This document shows positions 17,876-26,518 of a DNA stretch of 34,903 nucleotides, one piece after another (position 1 is the first letter of the stretch; every line of letters begins with the position of its first letter). Source of the stretch: Nitrospirota bacterium (lineage in GTDB: Bacteria > Nitrospirota > Thermodesulfovibrionia > UBA6902 > DSMQ01). The stretch is taken from NCBI GenBank assembly GCA_016207865.1, contig JACQZD010000052.1:1-34903 (forward strand), given 5' to 3'. The translations under genes were made by a program, and so were the position numbers. A model generated the notes under the pieces. It was given only the letters and a program-made list of their open reading frames with translations. It made no database searches and was not told the origin of the DNA.

Positions 17876-19540
17876 ATGAGCCTGCGGACTAAGTTTTTAA
17901 CAGGAACTTTTGGAATAATAATCCTCCTCGGCATTCTGGTTGTAGTTTTTATTCAGACCATACTGGTGCAAAAGCTTCAGCGCAATCTCTTGCAGGCAGG
18001 AATTTCTATCTCCAGAGACATCATCAATGAAAGCGCTCATTACATAACAGAAGGCGATTTACTGGAGATTCACAGGGAAATAATTGTGCATAAAGATGCC
18101 CTGGATGATATTAATTATATCTTTCTTCTGGATGCTCCGGGAAATGTTATGGCGCATACTTTCAGAGAGACAGTGCCTGATGAGCTGAAAAAAGCAAACA
18201 TCCCTGAGCTGGGGGTAGCACAAAGCATAAAATCCATAGTATTTAAAAATGAAAAGGTATTTGATATTGCATCGGTGAGGGAGGGCGTCCCGGGAATTTT
18301 GCATGTGGGAATCTCCGAAGAAAGCATCAGAAAAACCATTTCCAATATTGTTCTATTGATTGTCGGTATAGTTGTCGGCGTTTTGGTGCTGGGCGGGGGC
18401 ATAGCGTTTGCCTTTGCCGCAAAAATATCAAAACCGCTTTTCATCCTGACAAAAACTGCGGAAATGGTCGGGAAAGGCAACTTGGGGTATAAAGTTCCGG
18501 TAAGCACAACTGACGAAATCGGCAAACTGTCCGAGACCTTTAACACAATGACCGGAGATTTAAAAAGCGCAAAAAAAGAGCTGATGAAATTAAACACCGC
18601 GCTTGAAACAAGCAATATTGAACTTAACATAACAAAAGAACGCCTGCTTCTTGAAAGAAACAGGGTGCAGGATTACCTTGATATCGTCGGCGTCATGATT
18701 ATAGTTATTGATTCGGACCAGAACGTCAGCCTCATAAACAAACATGGGGCTAAGCTTTTAGGGGATGAACCCGACGAAATTATAGGACAGAACTGGTTTG
18801 AGAATTTTATACCGGAAAGAATCAGAAATGAGATAAAGGCAGGTTTTGAAAGATTAATGACCGGCGAAATTGAGCCGTTTGAATATTTTGAAAATTTTAT
18901 CTTAACAAGAACAGGGGAGGAAAGGCTTATCGCATGGCACAACGCCGTCTTGAAAGACGATTCAGGCCATATAATCGGGGCCCTCAGTTCAGGAGAGGAC
19001 ATAACCGAACACAGAAAAATAGAGGATATCATAGCAAAGGCAAAGAAAGAATGGGAGATGACATTTGACAATGCCGATGAATTCATCATACTTGTTGATA
19101 AAAATTTTGTAATCATGCGCTGCAATAAAGGTTTTGCAAACTTCATTGGGAAACCGGTAAAAACCGTGCCGGGGAACAAATACACGGTCATATTCCCGGC
19201 AGGGGCAGGCCTTGTTGAATTATGCAGACAGTACACGCAGACAGCCCCGATTCCAAAGCTGGAAATAAAAACAGAAACCGGCAGGTGGTTGTATGCAAGC
19301 TGCCACCCTGTCTTTGATGAGAAAAATGAGTTTCAGCACGCCATCATAATGCTCACCGACATTACTGAACTTAAGAAGGCACAGCAGGTGCTGACTACAT
19401 CACAAAAAGAACTGGAGAAAAAGGTTGATGAGCTTGAGCGGTTTTATGAAGTCGCAGTTGAGAGGGAGACCAAGATGAAGGAACTCAAGCAGGAGATTGC
19501 AAAATTGAAAATTAATCATAACAAAGACTCAAAATCTTAA
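17876..19540 (+). CDS. membrane sensor protein: 2 TM + extracytoplasmic domain + HAMP + two PAS domains + C-terminal coiled coil, with no recognisable output domain
   Basis: TM1 is GTFGIIILLGILVVVFIQ and TM2 is IVLLIVGIVVGVLVLGGGIAFAFAA. HAMP is recognised from VPVSTTDEIGKLSETFNTMTGDL. Two PAS-like blocks are present (...IIGQNWFENFIP...GEDITEHRK, and ...TFDNADEFIILVD...LTDITELKKA). I see no H-box, HATPase, GGDEF, EAL or MCP signalling motifs. Confidence 0.75.
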   Translation: MSLRTKFLTGTFGIIILLGILVVVFIQTILVQKLQRNLLQAGISISRDIINESAHYITEGDLLEIHREIIVHKDALDDINYIFLLDAPGNVMAHTFRETVPDELKKANIPELGVAQSIKSIVFKNEKVFDIASVREGVPGILHVGISEESIRKTISNIVLLIVGIVVGVLVLGGGIAFAFAAKISKPLFILTKTAEMVGKGNLGYKVPVSTTDEIGKLSETFNTMTGDLKSAKKELMKLNTALETSNIELNITKERLLLERNRVQDYLDIVGVMIIVIDSDQNVSLINKHGAKLLGDEPDEIIGQNWFENFIPERIRNEIKAGFERLMTGEIEPFEYFENFILTRTGEERLIAWHNAVLKDDSGHIIGALSSGEDITEHRKIEDIIAKAKKEWEMTFDNADEFIILVDKNFVIMRCNKGFANFIGKPVKTVPGNKYTVIFPAGAGLVELCRQYTQTAPIPKLEIKTETGRWLYASCHPVFDEKNEFQHAIIMLTDITELKKAQQVLTTSQKELEKKVDELERFYEVAVERETKMKELKQEIAKLKINHNKDSKS

Positions 19541-19597
19541 AAAAGGAGCATGAATATCTGGGTCGTCTCAAAAAACTTGCTGATAAGCAAACTGTCT

Positions 19598-19709
19598 GTC
19601 ATTCCCGCGCAGGCGGGAATCCAGACGGCGTCTCCATAAAACTTATCCCGGTAGGCTTTAAAGGAGATAGAACCTTTTAATGCTGGATTCCTGCTTTCGC
19701 AGGAATGAC
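19598..19709. repeat. REP doublet
   Basis: gtcattcccgcgcaggcgggaatccag at 19598-19624 and ctggattcctgctttcgcaggaatgac at 19683-19709. Confidence 0.85.
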
Positions 19710-19773
19710 AAAACAAAAAATTCCCATACCCTGAAAATTGCAGGGTATGCATAATAAACTCCCTTATTAATAA

Positions 19774-20424
19774 ATGAATACAATTATAACAATAGACGGT
19801 CCTTCAGGCGCAGGCAAAAGCACGATAGCAAAACTGCTTGCTCAAAAACTCGGCTACACATATCTTGACACAGGAGCGCTTTACAGGGCTGTCGCATGGA
19901 AAGTAAGGCATGATAATGCAGACCCTGATGACAGCGGCCGCCTTCAGGACCTTCTCGGAAAAATCGATATCACCCTTTCAGAAAACAAGATTATTGTTAA
20001 CGGGACCGATGTTACTTCCATGATACGGACGCCTGAGATATCAGAATTAAGCTCCAAGGTCTCTGCCGTTCCGGCCGTCAGGAAGCATCTCTTCAAACTG
20101 CAAAGGGAAATCGGGCTTAAAGGCAGGGTGGTCCTTGAAGGAAGAGACACCGGTACTGTTATTTTTCCCGAAGCAGAAAACAAATTTTTTCTGGACGCCG
20201 GTCCGGAAGAAAGAGGCAGAAGGAGATACAAGGAATTGAAGGGGAAAAGCCCTGAGGCAACGCTGAAGGAAACTATTGACGGCATTAAGACAAGGGACGA
20301 AAGGGATTCAACAAGGCAGAGCGCGCCGCTTAAAAGGACTGATGACATGATTTATATAGACACCAGCAATCTTACAATTGAGCAGGTTATCGCAAAAATA
20401 ATGGGGTCGCTGAAAATAGCTTGA
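19774..20424 (+). CDS. cmk: cytidylate kinase
   Basis: P-loop IDGPSGAGKST, DTGALYRA, EGRDTGTVIFP. Confidence 0.92.
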   Translation: MNTIITIDGPSGAGKSTIAKLLAQKLGYTYLDTGALYRAVAWKVRHDNADPDDSGRLQDLLGKIDITLSENKIIVNGTDVTSMIRTPEISELSSKVSAVPAVRKHLFKLQREIGLKGRVVLEGRDTGTVIFPEAENKFFLDAGPEERGRRRYKELKGKSPEATLKETIDGIKTRDERDSTRQSAPLKRTDDMIYIDTSNLTIEQVIAKIMGSLKIA

Positions 20425-21062
20425 AGATAAAATCAGTCAGTGATTTTTTCTATTTTCTGAGCATTACGCTGATAGGGTTTATTTTGCGCAGCCGCGGCCG
20501 TCTGTATATAAAAGGAGCGGACAACATCCCGCTGGAGGGGGGAGTAATTATAGCGGCAAATCACATAAGCTATTTAGACCCTCCGCTTATGGGCGCGGCA
20601 ACTCCGAGGAGGGCGACGTTTATGGCAAGAAAGGGGCTTTTCAGCATTCCCCTGCTCGGCTGGTTTATTAAACACTATGCATTCCCCGTAGACAGGACAA
20701 GGACTCTTCCATCAACAATAAAAGAAGCAGTCCGGAGGCTGAAAAACGGCGAACTGCTCGTCATTTTTCCTGAAGGAAGGAGGAGCGAGACAGGAGAGCT
20801 GACTGAAGGCAAAAGGGGGGTCGGAATGGTAGCGGCGCTAAGCAAGGCTGCGGTTGTGCCTGTTTTTATTTCAGGCACTGACAAAATACTGCCTGTCGGC
20901 GCAAAATGGCTGAAACGGGCTGACATCCATGTAATGTTCGGCAGGCCTTTGGATTTTCATATAACAAACGGCAGGGATGAAGATTTACATATATCCATCA
21001 CTCAAAAAATCATGACTGCAATCGGAGAACTGAAAAAAAGCTATGCAGATAATAGTGGCTAA
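20421..21062 (+). CDS. plsC: 1-acyl-sn-glycerol-3-phosphate acyltransferase
   Basis: NHxxxxD motif (AANHISYLDP), FPEGRRS, and an N-terminal TM. The TTG start overlaps the cmk stop, so the exact start is uncertain. Confidence 0.8.
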   Translation: MKIKSVSDFFYFLSITLIGFILRSRGRLYIKGADNIPLEGGVIIAANHISYLDPPLMGAATPRRATFMARKGLFSIPLLGWFIKHYAFPVDRTRTLPSTIKEAVRRLKNGELLVIFPEGRRSETGELTEGKRGVGMVAALSKAAVVPVFISGTDKILPVGAKWLKRADIHVMFGRPLDFHITNGRDEDLHISITQKIMTAIGELKKSYADNSG

Positions 21063-21879
21063 AAATGCAGGGGTTTGTTTTGGTGTTAAACGAGCTATAG
21101 ATATTACCTTTGCCCTTGCAAAGGATTCCGCAGGAATCTATACCTTAGGCCCGCTCATACATAATCCTCAGGTCATTAGTAAACTCATTTCTCAGGGAGT
21201 CGCCCCGACTGAGGATGTGCATTCTCAAAAAATAAAAACCCTTATCATAAGAACGCACGGCATCTCTCCCCAGCTTTATGAGGAAATATCAAAAATAGGC
21301 TATAAGATTGTGGACGCGACCTGCCCTTTTGTTAAAAAAGCGCAGAAGTACGCCCAGACGCTTAAGGAAGAAGGTTATCAGGTGCTCATCGTCGGCGATA
21401 AGGAACACCCTGAGGTTCAGGCCTTATTAGGTTTTGCGGGTGATAATGTTCTTGTTGTAAACAGCGGCGACCCCCTCCCCCCTTTAAAAAACAGGGTCGG
21501 AATAATTGTTCAGACAACACAGCCTTTTGAAGCGCTTAAAAAAATCGTGAGCGGGGTCCTCGGCATTGCAAAAGAGGTCAAAGTCTACAATACAATATGC
21601 AATTCAACATCACAGCGGCTTGAAGAGACAAAAAACCTGGCAAAGGAAGTTGACGCCATGGTTATCGTCGGCGGTAAAAACAGCGCCAATACAACCCAAC
21701 TTGCCAGGCTTTCAGGGGAAATTTGCGCTAAAGTATATTTCATAGAAGATGCCGGCGAGCTTCGGGAAGAGTGGTTTAAAGGGGTGGAAAAAGTCGGCGT
21801 GACAGGGGGCGCTTCAACCCCTGCCTGGATAATTGACAGGGTAGTTGCAAAACTTAGTGAAATTTCTGTTAAAACATAA
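21043..21879 (+). CDS. ispH: 4-hydroxy-3-methylbut-2-enyl diphosphate reductase
   Basis: MQIIVAKNAGVCFGVKRAI, DATCPFVKK, YNTICNSTSQR, GGKNSANT. Confidence 0.9.
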   Translation: MQIIVAKNAGVCFGVKRAIDITFALAKDSAGIYTLGPLIHNPQVISKLISQGVAPTEDVHSQKIKTLIIRTHGISPQLYEEISKIGYKIVDATCPFVKKAQKYAQTLKEEGYQVLIVGDKEHPEVQALLGFAGDNVLVVNSGDPLPPLKNRVGIIVQTTQPFEALKKIVSGVLGIAKEVKVYNTICNSTSQRLEETKNLAKEVDAMVIVGGKNSANTTQLARLSGEICAKVYFIEDAGELREEWFKGVEKVGVTGGASTPAWIIDRVVAKLSEISVKT

Positions 21880-21892
21880 TATAATACAGCCC

Positions 21893-23242
21893 ATGGAACT
21901 GCAAAGAGAAGATTTAAACAGACTTTACGCCGAAACCTTCAGGGGTGGATTGCATGAAGGCACAATCATCAAGGGAAAGATAATCCTGAAGAAGCAGGAC
22001 GGCATTATTGTAAACATAGGCTGCAAGTGCGAAGGATTCATTCCGTCAACTGAATTCTCCCAGGATGAACTCAGCGCCGCAGTCCCGGGCAATGAGATTG
22101 AAGTCTATGTAACAAGCAAGGATGTTTCAGACGGCTTCATCTCCCTGTCAAAAGACAAGGCTGCAAAAATAAAGATATGGGATGTGTTGGAAGACGCGCT
22201 GCATAAGGGTGTTCCGATGGAGGGGAAAATCGTAGGTAAAGTCAAGGGGGGCTTGAGCGTTGATATTTCAGGGGTTAAAGCCTTTCTCCCCGGCTCTCAG
22301 ATAGATCTGAGGACCTTAAAAGACACAGACCATCTCATAGGACAGGTATTCCCCTTTAAGGTAATAAAGGTTGATAATAAACGCTCCAATGTAATCGTCT
22401 CAAGACGGGCTCTGCTTGAAAATGAGCGCGAAAAACAAAGGGAGACAATCCTTTCAACTATTAAGGAAGGGGCTGTTGTAAAAGGCATCGTTAAAAACAT
22501 AACAGACTACGGGGCCTTTATTGACCTCGGCGGAATAGACGGCCTGCTGCACATATCAGACATGTCCTGGGGCAGGATAAGTCATCCCGGCGAACTGTTC
22601 AGCATCGGCGACACCGCTGAGGTGGTCGTGCTAAAATTTGACAGCGAAACGGCAAGGGTCACCCTCGGCTATAAACAGAAAAAGGCCGATCCATGGATTA
22701 CGGCAGAGGAAAAATTTCCTTGCGGCAAAATGGTTAAGGGAAAAATCATAAACATTGTAGACTACGGAATTTTCATAGAGATTGACGAGGGTCTTGAGGG
22801 CCTTGTGCATATAACCGAACTTGACTGGGCGGAGAAAATCAAGAAACCGTCCAAATACTTTTCCATAGGTGATATTGTTGAGGCAGTCATCCTTAAGGTC
22901 TCCTGCGCCGAGAAAAAAATATCGCTGAGCATAAAACAGCTTAAGCCTAATCCATGGGAGATAGTTAAGCAAAAATACACCGTCGGCCAAAAAGTTACCG
23001 GAAGGGTAAGAAATTTTACGGATTTTGGGGCCTTTATAAGCCTGGAAGAAGGCGTGGACGCACTGCTGCACATATCGGACATCACATCCGCCAAGCCCAT
23101 AAAGCATCCTTCAGACGTCCTTAAGAAAGGACAGGAGATAGAAACTACCGTTATCAGCATTGACGCTGAAAAAGAGAGGATGTCTCTCGGCATAAAGGAA
23201 ATTGCCGGCGAGCCGGCAGCCGAAGAAGCAGCAGAAAGTTAA
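21893..23242 (+). CDS. rpsA: 30S ribosomal protein S1 (five S1 domains)
   Basis: Start trimmed to the ATG at 21893, because ORF 21845 overlaps the ispH 3' end. There are five repeats of the S1 fold (G..V.G.V...T.(Y/F)GAFI(D/S)L.G..GL(L/V)HIS(D/E)). Confidence 0.9.
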   Translation: MELQREDLNRLYAETFRGGLHEGTIIKGKIILKKQDGIIVNIGCKCEGFIPSTEFSQDELSAAVPGNEIEVYVTSKDVSDGFISLSKDKAAKIKIWDVLEDALHKGVPMEGKIVGKVKGGLSVDISGVKAFLPGSQIDLRTLKDTDHLIGQVFPFKVIKVDNKRSNVIVSRRALLENEREKQRETILSTIKEGAVVKGIVKNITDYGAFIDLGGIDGLLHISDMSWGRISHPGELFSIGDTAEVVVLKFDSETARVTLGYKQKKADPWITAEEKFPCGKMVKGKIINIVDYGIFIEIDEGLEGLVHITELDWAEKIKKPSKYFSIGDIVEAVILKVSCAEKKISLSIKQLKPNPWEIVKQKYTVGQKVTGRVRNFTDFGAFISLEEGVDALLHISDITSAKPIKHPSDVLKKGQEIETTVISIDAEKERMSLGIKEIAGEPAAEEAAES

Positions 23243-23243
23243 C

Positions 23244-24098
23244 ATGAAAAAAGCCATAATATTTTTCTCCCTCTTTGCTGTGCTCATTGCGCTGCTTAGC
23301 CTTATACTGGCGCTGACGCACAAAGTGCCGTTAGGCGAGCATATCGCTCTGATAAGGGTAGAAGGCGTAATTATGGACTCACGGAATGCAATAGAAGAAT
23401 TGAAGGAATACTCTGACGACCCTTCAATAAAGGCCATTGTCCTGCGCGTTGACTCCCCGGGCGGAGGGGTGGCCCCGTCTCAGGAGATATATGAAGAGAT
23501 TAAAAAAGTAAAACAAAAGAAAAAAGTGGTTGTTTCAATGGGCTCCGTGGCGGCATCAGGCGGTTACTATATTTCATGTCCGGCAGACAAAATAGTCGCC
23601 AATCCCGGAACTCTTACAGGGTCCATCGGCGTAATAATGGAACTGCCGAACTTTGAAGGGCTTATGAATAAAATCGGCGTAAAAACCGAGGTGATAAAAA
23701 GCGGCAGGCACAAAGATATGGCCTCAGTTTTTAGGACCATGCTGCCTGAAGAGAGAAAACTTCTTCAGGATGTGCTGGACGATGTCCACGAGCAGTTTAT
23801 CAATGCAGTTGCCGACGGCAGGAACATGAAAGTTAAAGATATAAAAGAACTTGCCGACGGCAGGATATTTACCGGGAAAAAAGCAAAGACAATCGGTCTT
23901 GCCGACGAGCTTGGAAATCTTGAGGATGCAATCAATCTTGCGGCAAAACTCGGCGGAATAAAAGGCGAACCCAAGGTTGTTACGAAAAAAGAGAAATTTA
24001 GTTTTTTAAACATGATTGCTGACAGTTCATTAAAAGAGCTGATAAATGTGAAAAACGTTATCCCGACAGTCAGAATAAATTATATGTTTGCGCCGTAA
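23244..24098 (+). CDS. sppA: signal peptide peptidase SppA, 36K type
   Basis: The ATG lies 1 nt after the rpsA stop. An N-terminal TM is followed by VLRVDSPGGGV, ASGGYYISCPADKI, GSIGV and KSG.HKD. Confidence 0.88.
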   Translation: MKKAIIFFSLFAVLIALLSLILALTHKVPLGEHIALIRVEGVIMDSRNAIEELKEYSDDPSIKAIVLRVDSPGGGVAPSQEIYEEIKKVKQKKKVVVSMGSVAASGGYYISCPADKIVANPGTLTGSIGVIMELPNFEGLMNKIGVKTEVIKSGRHKDMASVFRTMLPEERKLLQDVLDDVHEQFINAVADGRNMKVKDIKELADGRIFTGKKAKTIGLADELGNLEDAINLAAKLGGIKGEPKVVTKKEKFSFLNMIADSSLKELINVKNVIPTVRINYMFAP

Positions 24099-24114
24099 AA
24101 TAGTGAACAGTGTG

Positions 24115-24240
24115 GTCATTCCTGCGTAGGCAGGAATCCAGAGATTTATTATTCACTAACGACTATTCACTTGGGTGTGTTGTCATTCCCGCTTGTCGGG
24201 AATCCCTCTTGAAGAGAGATTCTGGACAAGCCAGAATGAC
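24115..24240. repeat. REP cluster (two forward units and one inverted unit)
   Basis: gtcattcctgcgtaggcaggaatccag at 24115-24141, gtcattcccgcttgtcgggaatcc at 24182-24205, and attctggacaagccagaatgac at 24219-24240. Flanked by TTCACT-type repeats. Confidence 0.8.
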
Positions 24241-24303
24241 AGAAATGAGGAAACTCCACAGCAAAGACTATGGGGTATTGCAAAGTTAATAAAAGGGGGA
24301 ATT

Positions 24304-24588
24304 ATGACAAAATCAGTCCTGATTGAAAAAATTGCAGAAAAGGTCAAAGACCTTAATCTTACAAAAAAACAGACGGAAGTCGTGATAGAAACTGTATTTG
24401 AAAGCATAAAAGAAGCCCTTGCCAAAGGCGATAAGGTTGAGGTGCGGGGGTTTGGCAATTTCAGGCTCCGTCACAGGAAATTCAGAAAGGCAAGAAACCC
24501 TAAGACCGGCGAATTCGTAGAAGTCCAGCCTAAAAAAGTTCCCTTTTTTAAAGTCGGCAAAGAACTCAGGGAAATGATAAACAAGTAA
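24304..24588 (+). CDS. ihfB: integration host factor beta subunit / HU-family DNA-binding protein
   Basis: AAAGGGGGA precedes the ATG at 24304. Motifs: MTKSVLIEKIA, RGFGNFRLRHRKFRKARNPKTGEFVEV, VPFFKVGKELR. The upstream part of ORF 24175 is REP sequence. Confidence 0.88.
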   Translation: MTKSVLIEKIAEKVKDLNLTKKQTEVVIETVFESIKEALAKGDKVEVRGFGNFRLRHRKFRKARNPKTGEFVEVQPKKVPFFKVGKELREMINK

Positions 24589-24593
24589 ATAGT

Positions 24594-26225
24594 GTGCCGG
24601 GTAAAGTTTACATAGTAGGAGCCGGCCCCGGTGACATCGGGCTCTTTACGGTAAAAGGGGTTAAATGCCTTCAAAAGGCAGAGGTAGTCGTCTATGACTT
24701 TCACCTCAATGCCCAGATACTGAATTACATAAACCACAATGCCGAGTTTATCTATGCTGGAAAACGCGGCGGACAGCACACCCTCACTCAGGAGCAGATA
24801 AATCAGGTACTTGTTGATAAGGCAAAACAGGGCAAGGTCATCTGCCGTTTAAAAGGGGGCGACCCGTTTGTATTCGGCAGAGGCGGCGAAGAGGCGGAGA
24901 CGCTCTCAAAAAACAATATTGAATTTGAAATTGTTCCCGGTGTAAGCTCTGCAGTTGCCGCGCCTGCTTATGCAGGAATTCCCCTGACCCACCGTCTTTA
25001 TTCATCATCTTTTGCAGTGGTCCCAGGCTATGAAGACGCATCAAAAGAGGAAAGTTCAATCAACTGGGCAAATCATGCAACAGGCGTAGGAACCATAGTC
25101 TTTCAAAAAAAAAAAAAAAATATCAGCACCGCATGCCGGAGGCTTATTGAAAACGGCAGAAACCCTGATACGCCGGTTGCCGTCATAAGATGGGGCACAA
25201 GACCCGAGCAGACGACCATTACAAGCAATCTAAAAAATATAGCCCGGCTAATCAAAGCAGAAGATATAAAACCTCCGGCAGTAATGGTCGTAGGCGATGT
25301 TGTAAAGCTTAGAGACAAGCTTAAGTGGTATGAAAAAAAACCGATGTTCGGGCATAGAGTGCTCGTCACAAGAGAACACTCAGGCGGTTTTGAGCAGTTG
25401 GAAGAATTAGGCGCTGAAATAATGGAGTTTCCCACTGTTGAAATCGTGCCGCCTAAAGACTGGGGTAAACTTGACAAGGCTGTTGCAAAGATAGACTCAT
25501 ACAACTGGTTAATATTCACAAGCGCAAACGCGGTGAAATTTTTATTCCGGCGACTTTTTGAACTGAATAAAGACATCCGCGATTTGAAGGGGTTGAAAAT
25601 CTGCGCCATAGGCGCAAAAACAGCAGAGGCGATTAATATGTTCGGGATACGGGTGGATTTAGTGCCTGAGGAGTTCAATGCGGAAGGACTTGTAGAAACC
25701 TTCAAGAAAGAACTTGAGAAGATAAGAAGTTCAGAAGATAAGAAAAAAGTAAAGGGGTTAACTCTCTCAACTTCTCAGCCTCTCAACTTCTCAACTTCTC
25801 AATTACCAAACTCCGAACTTTTAAAGGGAATGCGCTTTTTATTGCCGCGGGCAGAGGTTGCGCGCGAAATCTTTCCTGAAAAGGTTAGGGAGCTTGGCGG
25901 TGAGATAGATGTTGTTACTGCATACAGGGCAGTAAAGCCTGAAGTGCACGGGAAAAGGCTGAAGAGATTTTTAAAAGAAGGGAAAATCTCAATAGCGACA
26001 TTTACCAGCGCAGGGACTTTTAAAAATTTCGTGGAAATAATGGGCGAGGATGCTTACGGGCTTTTAAAAGGCATCGCAATCGCAGTGATTGGTCCCGTAA
26101 CTGCAAAGGCGGTTCAAAAAGCCGGCTTGATGGTAGACATCATGCCAAAAGAGGCAACCATTGAGGCAATGGTCAAGGCGATAATTGAATGGGCCGGGAA
26201 TGCCCCCTTAAAAAAGGGGGGCTGA
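24594..26225 (+). CDS. cobA: fused uroporphyrinogen-III C-methyltransferase / uroporphyrinogen-III synthase
   Basis: GTG start. The N-terminal SUMT domain has VYIVGAGPGD, RLKGGDPFVFGRGGEE and VPGVSS. The C-terminal HemD-like half has VLVTRE..., IFTSANAV, LLPRAEVAR and TFTSAG. It contains a 16-A homopolymer, an in-frame low-complexity insert, and a repeat-derived C-terminus. Confidence 0.85.
   Translation: MPGKVYIVGAGPGDIGLFTVKGVKCLQKAEVVVYDFHLNAQILNYINHNAEFIYAGKRGGQHTLTQEQINQVLVDKAKQGKVICRLKGGDPFVFGRGGEEAETLSKNNIEFEIVPGVSSAVAAPAYAGIPLTHRLYSSSFAVVPGYEDASKEESSINWANHATGVGTIVFQKKKKNISTACRRLIENGRNPDTPVAVIRWGTRPEQTTITSNLKNIARLIKAEDIKPPAVMVVGDVVKLRDKLKWYEKKPMFGHRVLVTREHSGGFEQLEELGAEIMEFPTVEIVPPKDWGKLDKAVAKIDSYNWLIFTSANAVKFLFRRLFELNKDIRDLKGLKICAIGAKTAEAINMFGIRVDLVPEEFNAEGLVETFKKELEKIRSSEDKKKVKGLTLSTSQPLNFSTSQLPNSELLKGMRFLLPRAEVAREIFPEKVRELGGEIDVVTAYRAVKPEVHGKRLKRFLKEGKISIATFTSAGTFKNFVEIMGEDAYGLLKGIAIAVIGPVTAKAVQKAGLMVDIMPKEATIEAMVKAIIEWAGNAPLKKGG
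25105..25120 (+). repeat. A16 homopolymer inside the cobA coding sequence
   Basis: Counted directly: c at 25104, a at 25105-25120, t at 25121. Translated as QKKKKN. Confidence 0.95.
25762..25803 (+). repeat. CTCAACTTCTCA-type short tandem repeat embedded in-frame in the HemD half
   Basis: ctctctcaacttctcagcctctcaacttctcaacttctcaatt, translated as LSTSQPLNFSTSQL. Confidence 0.85.
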
Positions 26226-26238
26226 GGGGTAGTTGCAC

Positions 26239-26267
26239 TTGACTTAGTCAAGGACTTAGTCTATTAT
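26239..26267 (+). promoter_or_regulatory. near-consensus sigma70 promoter with two palindromic operator-like sites for phd/vapC
   Basis: TTGACT (26239-26244), 17-nt spacer, TATTAT (26262-26267). GACTTAGTC occurs twice (26241-26249 and 26253-26261), each a 4+1+4 palindrome. AGGAGG sits at 26273-26278 and the ATG at 26285. Confidence 0.6.
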
Positions 26268-26284
26268 AAGTCAGGAGGCATTGA

Positions 26285-26518
26285 ATGACTACGGTAAATG
26301 TGCATGAGGCAAAAACTCATTTTTCCAGACTCTTAAACCGGGTCGGCAGCGGTGAAGAAATCATAATCGCAAAGGCAGGGAGGCCCGTAGCCCGCATGCT
26401 TCCCATTATTAAAAGGATTAAGAAACGCGTATCAGGAACAGCCAAAGGGCAGATTATTTTAAAAGACAATTTTGATAAGCCCCTGCCAGGTCATATTTTG
26501 AAAGAATTTGAGCAATGA
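26285..26518 (+). CDS. type II antitoxin, Phd/YefM family
   Basis: 77 aa, MTTVNVHEAKTHFSRLLNRV..GEEIIIAKAGRPVA. Overlaps the downstream PIN gene by ATGA. Confidence 0.85.
   Translation: MTTVNVHEAKTHFSRLLNRVGSGEEIIIAKAGRPVARMLPIIKRIKKRVSGTAKGQIILKDNFDKPLPGHILKEFEQ

Noticed and set aside
19537-19752. 71-aa minus-strand ORF, together with the 27019-27219 (+) ORF and the N-terminal extensions of ORFs 4341, 10675, 24175 and 32422.
   Set aside because: All are translations of GTCATTCC...GGAATCCAG units (AGMT, RGND and IPA.AGIQ type peptides). The downstream genes have better internal ATG starts with SD sequences.
21845-21892. IspH-S1 fusion, or a long N-terminal extension of rpsA starting at 21845.
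   Set aside because: ispH has its own in-frame stop at 21877-21879. The 21845 start is a TTG in a different frame overlapping ispH. The S1-like sequence begins only after the ATG at 21893.
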